Shown in pieces: positions 50,154-61,760 of a DNA stretch of 64,000 nt. The notes beneath the pieces are model-generated. The model was not told the DNA's origin, searched no databases, and saw only the letters and a list, made by a program, of their open reading frames with translations. The stretch is from Hemiscyllium ocellatum (Eukaryota): NCBI RefSeq assembly GCF_020745735.1, contig NC_083430.1, positions 40,414,909-40,478,908 of the forward strand, in the 5' to 3' direction. Numbering within the stretch: the first letter of the stretch is position 1; every line of letters starts with the position of its first letter. The position numbers and the translations under genes are program-made.

Positions 50154-50456
50154 ATGGATAAGAACGAGCTGGTGCAGAAAGCCAAGCTTTCGGAGCAAGC
50201 GGAGCGCTATGAGGACATGGCGGCCGCGATGAAGGCGGTCACCCAGTGGGGCGAGGAGCTGTCAAACGAGGAGAGGAACCTGCTGTCGGTCGCCTACAAG
50301 AACGTGGTGGGCGCCCGCCGCTCGGCCTGGAGGGTCATCTCCAGCATCGAGCAGAAAACCGGCGAGGGCGGCGGCAGCGAGAAGAAGCTGCATATGGTGA
50401 AGGAGTACCGGGAGAAGGTGGAGGTTGAGCTGAGGGAGATCTGCCATGATGTCCTG
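50154..50456 (+). CDS. 14-3-3 protein (zeta/beta/theta/sigma subgroup), first coding exon, 101 codons
   Basis: [27 protein letters not shown]...[28 protein letters not shown]...LREICHDVL; Kozak gccATGG; phase-0 donor CTG|GTGAGG at the position conserved in YWHAZ/B/Q. Exact paralog is not resolved. Confidence 0.97.
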
Positions 50457-52189
50457 GTGAGGAAAACAACAATATATAATATATATATAGGGTGGGGTGA
50501 AGGATGCTGCCGGGGATTTTTTTTTATTCGCGATCATTCGATTTAATGGGAAATTGGAGCAAATTTTTTTTTAAAAAATACGACACAGTGAGGTTCCCAG
50601 TCACTGACACATCCATCCCCACAGGACGGTGGGAAGATGGTCCTCTGGCTCTGAAGCGGCGCTTCCTCCTGTATCACCATCTCCATCAGACAGGAGTAAC
50701 CGGTAGAAAATGGAGGAGAGAGGGCAACCCTTCCCTCTGCATTGAGCTGCGGCTGTCGGGTGGGGTAGGCAGTTGGTAAACGCCAACGTACATCCCAGCA
50801 AGCAGCGATTCGCCCAGCCCACCCGGAGGAAATAAAATTTTAACATGAACTGGCCAGATGTTGTAATTATCCAGGTGTGGCCGATTTTTTTTCATTCATT
50901 TTAGAATGAAACGTTAGCATTCACAGATGGTTGGCCCTCATTTTAAATGTAAACTGGGCTGCCTTCTCTCCTCCCTCTCCACACCCCCCCATCACCGTAT
51001 GAATCTGCAATTTTTGTCATATGTGTGATGCCAGGTTTATAAGCGTGGGGATATCATGAGAACTGAGCTTCAGAGGAGACTGGCATTAAATCAGCGGTTT
51101 TTGCCATCACTTCGTTGGGGGAGGTGGGGTTGAGAGGAGGAGAAGGTAAGAGGGGAGATCTTTTTGCTTTCTTAGCTAGGTGGAAATGATGCTGTTAACT
51201 GTTTAATGGTACAGGAATAATGAGTTATATGGAAGTGTTGTTGTAAATGCTCCCTCTTTCCCACCACCACTCTGTCAACCTATATAGGTGACCTGTTCAG
51301 AGGTCACTGTAGCTGCCTGCCGCATTGAAGTGGGCTAATTAATTAAAAAATAATTTTTTGGGATAACTGAATAGTCACTGCTGAAGCACCTTCTAAAGGG
51401 CCCAAGATTAGGGATTTTCAGTGACATATCATTTATTTGAGGTACATTGATTGCACAAAACAATTGTACATTGATTCTCATACTAAACTGACATGCACAT
51501 GTTTGGACCATTAATGTACTGTTTGAATATCCAAGATCATTTGAGAAAATTCCAGCCATGAGTCAAGTTTTATTTGCTTCTGTATTCTCAGACTTCAAGC
51601 AACTGACTGCCTCATGTATGTACTTTTGCACCATGTTGCTAAGATTTACTCTTAATGATCAAATACATGCATTTCTCTTTTACTATACTGCAGCATGCAT
51701 TGTCTTTGTGAATATTTCTTAGGAAAGGTATCATCTACAAGTCTTTGAACATAAAGGGCTGTCTCTAAAAAAATGTAAATAAATTTCAATAATTAGCACC
51801 AGCTAATTGTAGCAGGGACAAAATCTTGTGCTGACTTTCTGAGGTTTTGGATTAGATCCAATTTGGAAGGGTAGAGGAATAGGGAATGTGGCCAAAGAAG
51901 CTGGTGAAGTCTTTGTTCATGGACGAATATTGAGGATGTGGAATGATGTAGTAGGACAGAAGTGATAGGTAAATTCCAGAGTTTATGGATTATAAAGCAG
52001 AATGCTCAGTTGTTGGTAAAGTGGACAGAGTGGACAAACTATATGGAACAGCTTTGGGTGAAAAAAGGTGTAGAAAAGCATTGCATGAGTTAAATGGCAG
52101 TCATTCTTTTTATATAGACTACAACGTATGGCGCAGATAAATATCTCCAAGTAAGATGCTAGGGCAGGCCAAGAACTAGTTTTATTGTT

Positions 52190-55100
52190 GCTACACTTTT
52201 CATCCTGAGACCCAGATAATTTTTTGGTGGCACGGTTTTGAACGGTGAATGATGGAATTTGAAATGAATAAATTAAAGCATTTTTAAATTTAGATTTTTA
52301 TGATGACTTTGGAAATCATTGTTGATTGCTATAAAGACCCTTCTGGTTCATCTGTGTCCTTTTAGGGAAGGAAATTGTCTGGCATACTTGTGACTCCAGA
52401 TCCATAGTAAAGTGGTTGACTTTTAACTGCCCTCTGAAATTGCTTGGCAAACCATTCTGTTATATCAACCACTAAGATGCCTTTTTAAAGGGTACCAGGG
52501 TGAACTATCTGGCATTGTTTTAAGGCACTGGAGATGACCACAGCAAGGACAGCCCTGTTTACCTTGCAAAGACATTGGAGAGCACATTCCAATATTGGGA
52601 GAGCTATTTCACAGATTAGTTAAACAACAAGCCTGACATTGACTGTAAGATACAACTCCACAAGTTTGACAATGTCTCAAACAACATCTTTACCATCCCT
52701 GGAATATCTGGTCCCATTAGCAGAGGGGGCAGCCAAATGGTATACAGTTGGGGAGAATTGCCCTAGGAGTTCTAAACATTGACTCTTGACCTCATGAGGT
52801 CTCATGGCAATTGGGGAAAATACTGAGGATGGCAAGGCCACAAATATACTCCAGGTGGAGGACTTAAATGTCGTTTGTAGCATTGTTTAGCACAGACGTA
52901 CCTTAAACAAAAAGAGTATCAACCACAAAACAGAATTACTTTTGTGCTAGACGGCATAAGCAGCTAGTAATAAAACTAAGTAATTCAACAACCAACTGAT
53001 TGTTGCTCTGCAGTCTTGCCATATTGAATTGTGTATGGTGGTGGACAATTAAACAACTCACTGAAGATGAGTTCTTCAAGTATCCCCATCCTCAATAGTG
53101 GACCCCAGCACATCATTGGTAAAAAAAGACCCCACTGAAAAATTTGCAATAATCTTCAGCCAGAAGTGCTGAGTAAAAGATACATTTTGCCTTTCTCCAG
53201 AGGTCCCCAGCATCGCTCATGCTAGTGTTGAGAAAACTTATTTCACTACACATGATAATGAGAAATGGATGACATCACTGGATACTGGAATGGCTATGGG
53301 CCCTGACAACATTTTAGTAATATTGTGGAAGACTTGTGCTTCAGAACTTGCTGTGCTTCTAACCAAGTTGTTCCAGTACTTTCACAACGCTGTCATCTAC
53401 CAGACAATGTGACAAATTGTCTAGGCATGTCCTGTATGCACAAAGTAGGACAAATCAAAACTGGCCAATTACTACCCCAGCTGATTATCAGTCAGGTCAT
53501 GGAAGTTGTCATCAACAGTACTGTTAAGCAGCACTTCCTTTGCAATAGCATGCTGCTGATGCTTAGTTTGGATTCCATACTCGGCTCCTGACCTCAACAC
53601 AGTCTTAATCCAGACATGGAGGAAGTGAGGACTGCAGATGCTGGAGATCAGAGTGCAGAGTGTGGTGCTGGAAAAGCACAGCAGGTCAGGCACCATCAGA
53701 GTAGTAGGAGAATTGACATTTCAGGCATAAGCCCTTCATACTGATGAATGGCTTATGCCCGAATTATTGATTCTCCTGCTCCTCACATGCTGCCTGACCT
53801 CCTGTGCTTTTCCTGCACCACACTCTCGATTTAGTCCAAATATGGACTAGAAGCGAATCCAGAGGTGAAATGAGAGTGACATCAGGGCCACACAATTCTT
53901 TGACATTTGTGTCACAGGTGGACAGGCTGGTTAAGGACATGTTTAGCTTGCTTGCCCTCATTTCCCATATGTTTTGATTATAAGAGTTGGGACGTCATTT
54001 TGAGGTTATACAGGATGTCGGTGAGGCCTTTTCTGGAGTACTGTGTGCAGTTCTGGTCGATCTGTTGTAGGAAGGATATTAAACTGGTGAGGGTTCAGAA
54101 AAGATTTACTAGGATGTTGGTGAGAATGGAGGGATTGGGTTTTAAAAATGGGTTGTATAGACTGGGACTTTTTTTCACTGGAGTGTAGGAGGTTGAAGGG
54201 TAACCTTATAAAGAAATTTATAAAATCATGAGGGGACATAGTAAGGTGAATTGCAAAGGTCTTTTCCCTAAGGTGGGAGAGTTAAAAACTAGAGGGCATA
54301 CTTTTAAATCAAGAGGAGAAAGATTTTAAAAAGGTATGGGGCAACTTTTTTGAGGTATATGGGCCAAGAGCAGGCAGGTGGGATTAATTTGGTTTGGGAA
54401 CATGATTGGCAGGGACTGGTTGGACCGAAGGGCTTGTTTCCATGCTGTATGACTGTATTTGACAATTAGTGGCATCTAGGATCACTAGCGAAACCACTGA
54501 TTGGAGTCATACCTGGCACAAAGGAAGGTTGTTGAGTGTGATTTCCTTGGAGCAAATATTTTCAAATTAACCTGTTCAGAATTGTTATTACATAACTCTG
54601 GAGCAGATGCAGCTTGAACTTGCTCAGAGATATGTATATTACCGTTGCACCACAAGAGTCCTTTGAGTACCTCAGGATAGTGTTCTAGGCTCAAATATCT
54701 TCACCTGCTTCATCAATGACTTTGACTCTATTACAGGATCAGAAGTGGAATGTTTGCTGCTGGCAATGCAATGTTCAGCTCCTCAGATACCGGGGCAGTC
54801 CATGCCCGAATATAGCAATACCTGGACAGTATGCAACTTTTTGCTGACAAGTAGCAAGTAACATTTGAGTCATATTGACCATCTCCAGCAGAGCAAATCT
54901 AACTTTTGTCCCTTGACATTCAATGGTTACAATGATTGAATACCCACTATCAACATCCTGATGTTGTCATTGACCAGAAGTTGAACTGGACTAGTCATAT
55001 AAATATAGTGGCTACAAGAGCATGTCAGAGACTTGAAATGCTGCAATGAATATCTCCCCTCCTGACTCTCCCAAGCTTGGCAATCATCTACAAGATACAA

Positions 55101-55740
55101 GTCAGGAATATGATGGAGGAGAGTCGTGGAGTTGTAGAGCACAGAAACAAACTCTCTGGTTGAACTCATCAATGCTGACCAAATACCCTAAAATAGTCTA
55201 GTCCCATTTTTCAGAATTTGGTCCATATCCCTCTTAAACCCCTCCTATTCACTTAGCCATTGAGATGCCTTTTAAATGCTGTAATTGTACCAGCCTCCAT
55301 CACTTCCTCTGGCAGCTCATTCCATTTACGCACAACTTTCTGCTGAATAAGTTGCCCCTTAAGTCTCTTTTTAAATCTTTCCCCTCTCACCTTCAACTTA
55401 TGTATTTTATTTTGGACTCCCTATCCTAGAAAAAAGACCCTATCCATGCCCCTCATGATTTTATAAACCTACTCCCCACTTGCCAGTATAAGTGCAATTC
55501 CAACAACACTCAAGAATTACGTTCCCTGTAATTTTTGCTTCAACTATATATCACAATTCCTTCAGTGTTGCTAGATCAAGTTGCTGCATCACTCTCCTAA
55601 ACAGAGTTGTGGGTTTACCTGCACTAATTGACTGCAGAAGTTCAAGAAGGCAACTGACCATGGTATTTTCAAGGGCAAGCAGGGATGGGCAATAAATGCT
55701 GGCCTAGCAAGTGACACTCTCATTCCATGAATAAATAAAG
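52190..55740 (+). mobile_element. Degenerate CR1-clade LINE with nested insertions
   Basis: Remnants A.GPD.I (ggctatgggccctgacaac), ..FTCFIND (54700-54720) and 3' end gggatgggcaataaatgctggcc...(ataa)n. Nested younger CR1s at 53890-54455 (+) and 55125-55470 (-). Confidence 0.7.
53621..53830. mobile_element. Penelope-derived fold-back element (family A)
   Basis: Arms meet at gcccttcataCTGATGA (~53740); diverged 16-bp TSD at 53605-53620 and 53831-53846. Confidence 0.85.
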
Positions 55741-57399
55741 AATAGAGACTATGGGCATCAAAGAATTGGTAATTGTACGTTCTCTAGTGTCAAATTATTG
55801 ATTGTACTTTAGTGTTGAATTGGTTTTAAATTAATGTTGTACAAGTAAAAAATTGTTACATCCTTTAATTGCTTAATCTAGCTTTGAAATATCGGATATG
55901 ATCCAGAAGAAATTCATTCACCTGGAATCTACTCAAATGTTATACTTGGACAATCAGCAGGTCTTGTAATTTTGCTAACCTGAAAAGATGGTCCTTGAAT
56001 GTGAAACATCTCATTTCTGCTGGGTGATAATTTTATAAGTATCTATTACTTCTCTCAAGTGTCACTTGTGTGATGCTAGACAATGCGTATTGACAGGTTT
56101 TATGATTGTGGAGGCATTACAGAACATGAGCTCTTCTCACCCAACACACATTTACCAACTTTTCTGACAAGGGATGGTTGATGATGATCAGAAGTGAACA
56201 TTTTCGCTGCCCCTTCTTTCTCAGCCTGAACCATTGAGGCCAATTGTAGCTACTTGCTGCTGTCTATGAAGGATTTAGCTGGCTGTAAACCAGCATTAAA
56301 TCTGGCACTTGCCAGTTTCCCAACAGATTGTAGACTTATCGCTTGTCACTGAATGCAATGTTCAGCTCCTCAGATACCGGGGCAGTCCATGCCTGAATAT
56401 AGCAATACCAGGACAGTATGCAACTTGTTGATTTAAGTCTGGATATAATGCTTAAAGAAGCATGGATGTAACTGGCATTCTTTTATGGATGAATTTGGCA
56501 TGTATGATTTCTGCAAATAATATAAATTTTAAAACATTGATTAGTTTCCTTGTTGAATTATTTCTCTTTGAACTATATTTTAATCTTGGTCATGATGTGG
56601 GAAATAACCCATTCTGATGTCTTTTTTATGTATTTACTATTATCTTCAAGAGAGATCTAAAGTCAACTGACTTTTAACTTTTATTTCAAAATTGTTAAAT
56701 TTGGAAGTAGCTAATATTTTGCATGAACCCACCATCTTATTAGACTCCAGATTTGAATTGTTTGCTTCTTTCTAGCTTTCAGGAATTATAGATCATTGTA
56801 TTATAATTAATAATTAACAAAGCTTCTTTGATCTTGTACTCCATTGTGTTAGTTTTGGACATTTCAGAATATGTAATAAGGCCATTAATCTTTTTGTTAA
56901 AAGATGCTTGAGCATGCGTTTTTATTACTGTTGAGCTGGCAAGTTATGGAACAATGTGCCTGTTGGAGGCCACAATTGTTGGGTGTGGGGACACTGTGTA
57001 TTCTGCAGGAAACTTCCAGTAGCCTGCATTATAGAGCATATGCATATAAATTGCAGTTATGCTGCTTTCAGTAACTGACTGTTTAGTTGCTGAAATTCCA
57101 AACAATGACTACAATGGCAAATATTGTTCAATGTCTTTAGTGTTCATTGTCAGCTTTTGGACCAGTTTTTAACAAATAAATGAATTTTCCTCCTGTGAGA
57201 AGTTTAAAAGAAGTCGGTTTTTGGATAAAAAGAAATTCTAGCCATTTACATTTTTAGGCCATCCCAAAGTCAATGAGGAACACTGAATTGCTTTTTGATG
57301 CAGACTCTTATTAGTAGATAGTGCAGCCAACTTGTACAGAGCAAGGTTGCACAATGGTCAAAGGGACTGTTCATCTGTTTTCGTTTTTATGTTGGTTGG

Positions 57400-57630
57400 T
57401 ATTAATGCTAAGCAGAGTATCAGGAGAGCTCCCATGCTGCTGCTCATTGTGTCATAAGAGCTTTTAGTTTTATCTGAGAAGACAGATGGACTCATATTAA
57501 CACTCTGTTCGAAAGATGGCATCTCTGAAAGTGCAGTATTCTGTCTGCTGCACTGCAGTGTCAGCATAGATAATATGCTCAAGTTCTGAATGAAGTACTT
57601 GATTTTGACTTTGAGAGTATTACCAAGGTT
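57400..57630 (-). mobile_element. Old DeuSINE/SacSINE-like SINE fragment
   Basis: gaaagatggcatctctgaaagtgcagt...gcactgcagtgtcagc, related to 20-265. Confidence 0.55.
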
Positions 57631-58583
57631 GAAATTTTTCTTTCATACAGCATGTGCAGTATTTTAATATAGCTTCTTCAACATCAGACAGTACTTTTAA
57701 AAGACACTTGTTCTTTTTTGCATAATTACCAAATGTCAATGATGTTTAGCTTTTTCTGCTGAATGTAGCTGATCTTGAAGTGAGGCAAAGAAGTAATGGA
57801 AATGTTCCGTTTAACAATTGCTGCTGTTTATATCTTTAGGCAAGATGAATATTCTCAAGACTGAACTTATCCATTTACTATGTACTAAATAATTAGTTGC
57901 AATACACAGATCAACATTTTAAAATATTCAATTATTACAAATAAAACAAATATTTTTAAAATTCCAGTGCTCAATTAAATGTGAATTGATCTCTTAACAT
58001 TTAAAATTTAATGGAGAGCGGAGTTTTGTTTAGTGATGGACTTTTACCCTCCACATGTAACATATTTTCACAATGCATTTTGCTAGAATCTAGAGAAGAA
58101 AGCTACAAGCCTATAGGTGAAACCTATTTCAAATCTGGTAATTTCCAATATTGTTAAAAATTCCTTGTGTAACAAGCTGTGAGGGTAACTGGATTGGCTG
58201 GTGGATCAGAGCTGTGCATTCTGTCTTCCAATTTTAAAAAATCAAATATGTAGAAAGTTATAATTTAAAATCAGCTGAGTGCAGACCAAGAAAATTGAGA
58301 TCCAGTTCTGCCATGCCAATAACACCTGGCTAATATTTTTCCAACTTTATGCAGATTTAATTACAAAATGATCACATGCACATTTTTTCCATACCCAAAA
58401 ACACACAATCTGCTTATGTCCCTTTTGAAAATATATTGACACTTCTCAGCTGCTGGACACCCTAGGTAAAGTAGATATTATTGATGACTACACAGTATTG
58501 ACGTTTACCATTTAGAGTCATAGAGATGTACAGCACAGAAACAGACCCTTTGGTCTAATGTATTTATGCCGGCCAGATATCTT

Positions 58584-60240
58584 TTTTTTTATATAGATAT
58601 TTTTATTGGGAATTTAACATTTTGACAAATTTACAAAAATAAGCAGAATTTTCAAGCACAAACATTAATATAAAAATAGATCTTAAATATATAATCATCA
58701 AAATTCAACTAATCCACAATCATCCAGAGTGTATAGTTGAGTCGCTTACATCCTTCAAATAAGAGAAAATGTTCTCTAATACACTCATAACAGTATGATT
58801 AAAAGGAAGCTATTTCCAAACAATAAGAACAAACAAAAAAAAATTAAACATGTTTGAATGGAGATCTTCCCCCTTGTTCTCAGGGGGCCTTACTACCTTT
58901 CCAACGTTCCACCATATCCTCTCCCAAACAGTGTCCCACCCTCGACCCGGGCGCTCCTTAATAGGATTTAGATATAATACCGAGCTAGAGTTAACAGTGA
59001 GCGCCGCACCCCCACCCCACCCCACCCATACCTGAGTATATCTAATAGCATCAATGCCATGTACAAACACACATAACTATAAAATTACAACTCCAACAGA
59101 TTACAGTTAAGTATAATAACATAGCAAGGAAGACAACCCCGCTCCCAGAGGCAAAAGTAAAGTAGAATAAAGTAACCATTTCTCCCCACGGAGTGTGGGA
59201 GAGGCAAGCCAACATAAATTGTCTCTTACGATTTATTTAACCGAGTCTAAAAGTTTCTTGGCCTCTTCCGATGATCTAAAATTATACTCGGATCCTTCGT
59301 GGGTAAAGCATAACGTCGCTGGGTAGCGTAAGGTGTATTGAATATCTAAGTCCCTTAAACATTTCTTCACCTCATCAAACGCCTTCCTTCTTCGTGCCAA
59401 AGCCGGGGAGAAGTCCTGAAATAACATAATCTTGGATCCTTCATGAATCATAGCTTTAGGATCCTTTCCAAGCTTTCTGGAGGCATCCAGGAGTATCTGC
59501 CTCTCCCTATAACTCTGCAGCCGGAACAGGACCGGGCGTGGGCGCTGGTTTGGGCCAGATCCGCGTACTGCGACCCGGTAGGCCCACTCCACCCTTACCC
59601 GGTCAGTTTCAGCCCCCAGGTTTAAAATCTGCGGCAGCCATCGCTCCAGAAATGCTACTAACTGTTCTTTCCCTTCTTGCTCTTGAAGGCCCAGCAGCCG
59701 AATATTCTTTCTCCGATTTCTGTTGTCAATATCATCGATGTAAATTTCAAAGGCCCTGACTCTCTGCTCCAGAGCTCTCACCTGTTCTGCAGCTGTTTGA
59801 GCTGCAGCCTCGGAGGTCGTGGCCTTTAGTTCCACCCCCTCCACTCGGCCCTGCAGCTCTTCCATGGTTTGATTCTGTTTCTGCAGCTTTTCTTCGAATG
59901 CATTCCATCTCTGTCTGGATTCTGCGATGAAATTGACGAGTGTCGATTCCAGTCTAGCAATCATCTCTATAAGGCCTGTTTTTACATCAGCTGCAGCCAG
60001 AGGAGAGGAGGGTGGGGGAGGGGTCTTTGTTTTCTGAGAGCTGCGGGGTCCCTTTGATTTACTCATTATCCACTCAGTATTAGACTATTTAAATATAATA
60101 TTCAGCAGCTAATTAAGATTAAAGAAATTTTTTGGGTGGTTTGGCAAGTGTGGTGGGGACAGGAAACCCACTTTACCCAGGTTTTGGGAAGGGCTCTGTA
60201 GACTCAGACTTGCTGAGTCGCCGCCATCTTGGATCTCCCC
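58584..60240 (-). mobile_element. Full-length ORF1-only L1-derived element (HAL1-like)
   Basis: 5' end GGGGAGATCCAAGATGGCGGCG; ~174-nt 5'UTR; intact ORF1; ~650-nt 3' region; AATAAA and A-tail; TSD ggccagatatctt at 58571-58583 and 60241-60253. Confidence 0.88.
59233..60066 (-). CDS. L1-type ORF1p (coiled coil-RRM-CTD RNA-binding protein), 277 aa, uninterrupted
   Basis: Heptad coiled coil followed by 'NRNRRKNIRLLG', 'EWAYR', 'PRPVL', 'LFQDFS', 'RRKAF' and 'YPATL', the motif order typical of vertebrate L1 ORF1p. Confidence 0.92.
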   Translation of the reverse strand: MSKSKGPRSSQKTKTPPPPSSPLAAADVKTGLIEMIARLESTLVNFIAESRQRWNAFEEKLQKQNQTMEELQGRVEGVELKATTSEAAAQTAAEQVRALEQRVRAFEIYIDDIDNRNRRKNIRLLGLQEQEGKEQLVAFLERWLPQILNLGAETDRVRVEWAYRVAVRGSGPNQRPRPVLFRLQSYRERQILLDASRKLGKDPKAMIHEGSKIMLFQDFSPALARRRKAFDEVKKCLRDLDIQYTLRYPATLCFTHEGSEYNFRSSEEAKKLLDSVK

Positions 60241-60952
60241 GGCCAGATATCTTGAACCTATACTTTTGCTTTTCTATGCCTATTTCTGTTTTCATTCTTC
60301 CAGAGATGTAGGTATCACTGGCTAAGTCAGCATATGTTGCCCATCTCTTAATTGCCCTTGTGAATGCCTTCTTGAACTGCTGCAGTCCTTGTGGTGTAGG
60401 TTCACCCCACAATGTTGTTAGGAAGGAAATTGGAAATATTTATTAAGTGATAGAGAAGGAATAGTAATTGTCGTTTCAGATGAGGGAATTTTCAGGTGGT
60501 GTTGTTTCCATGCATTCAGGTGTAGTCTTTTAAGGTGTAGATGGTTTGGAAGGTATTGTTGAAAGATTTTAAGTTCCTGCAGCAGTGCATCTAGAATACA
60601 ATAGAATTGCCTTTTTTTGTCAAACATACTCAGAAGTATAGTGAAAGGTTTATATATTGCCAATTACAACACCAACTTAGATACAAAAGCACCTAGGCAC
60701 AGCTTCTTTTATTACAAGAAAATACAGAAATAAAATGTACAGCATAATAGAAAACAGCTCAGTACTGCAGACCAAGCTGGCACTTAGCTTCCAGTCCACA
60801 CTGAGCCCTGGCTCCATACCGCAATGTGCTATGCCAGGAGGCTTGTGTGCCAACACTGCGAGGTCACAATGCCACACTCCGAGGCCATTATGCGAGTCTG
60901 CTGTGCCAGGCCAGGAAATAGTAGCTCCTGGCTGGAGGTCAAAAGTAGCCAG

Positions 60953-61023
60953 TGCACCACCTGGAAATCGAACTCTCATTGCAAGAATGGGAATCTTGCA
61001 TGATACCAGTACATCAGCAATGC
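60953..61023 (-). pseudogene. tRNA-Gly(CCC) pseudogene
   Basis: 71 nt GCATTGCTGATGTACTGGTATCATGCAAGATTCCCATTCTTGCAATGAGAGTTCGATTTCCAGGTGGTGCA. The anticodon arm matches the vertebrate Gly-CCC sequence as I recall it; acceptor stem, T stem and A box carry substitutions. Confidence 0.85.
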
Positions 61024-61474
61024 TTGTATGTGTGTGTGGTGTATGTTGACTGCAATCAACCAAGCCATTTTATCTGAAATGATGTAAAGCTACTTGTGAG
61101 TTGTTGGAGTTGTACTCATTCAGGCAAGTGGATGGTGTTTCGCTATACTCCAGATGTCTGCCTTATTGATTGCGGACAAAGTTTGGAAAGTCAGAAAGTA
61201 AGTTATATGTTTCAGGGTTTCCAGCTTGTGACCTGCTACAGTTGCACCAGTATTTCTGTGGCTGCTTTAGTTCAGTTTTTGGTATATAGTTACCTCTAAG
61301 ATGTAGGTAGTGGATGCTTCAGCATCGATATTGCTATTGAATGTCGAGGGAAAATAGATTCTCTCTTGATGGTCATTTTATTCCACTTAAGTGATAGGTA
61401 AGTTCCTTCCCATTTAGCTATGCAAGCTTAAATTGCCCAGATCTTGTTGCACATCTACATGAACTGCTGAATTA

Positions 61475-61760
61475 TAGAGTCATAGAGATGTACAGCACAG
61501 AAACAGACCCTTTGTTTCAACTTGTCCATGCTGACCAGATATCCTTAACTAATCTAGACCCATTTGTCCATATCCCTCTAAACCCTTTCTAGTCATATAC
61601 CCAACCAGATGCCTTATAAATGTTGTAATTGTATCAGCCTCCAACACTTCCTCTGGCAGCTCATTCCATGCACAGATCACCCTTTGTGTGAAAAGGTTGC
61701 CCCTAAGGTCCCTCTTAAGTTTTTCCCCTCTCACCCTAAACTTATGCCTTCTAGTTCTGG
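61475..61760 (-). mobile_element. CR1/HER1-like 3' end
   Basis: atagagtcatagag tail; 'RGNLFTQRVICAWNELPEEVLEADTITTF'. Confidence 0.88.

Noticed and set aside
49989-50546. 185-aa ORF as the full 14-3-3 protein
   Set aside because: It starts at a non-ATG codon and reads into the intron. The family start is the Kozak ATG at 50154 and the donor is at 50457.
58810-59070. 86-aa ORF as an ORF2 remnant in the half-L1
   Set aside because: It shows no endonuclease, RT or CCHC motifs and is treated as 3'UTR.
60953-61023. Functional tRNA-Gly
   Set aside because: Substitutions disrupt T-stem pairing and the A box, and weaken the acceptor stem.
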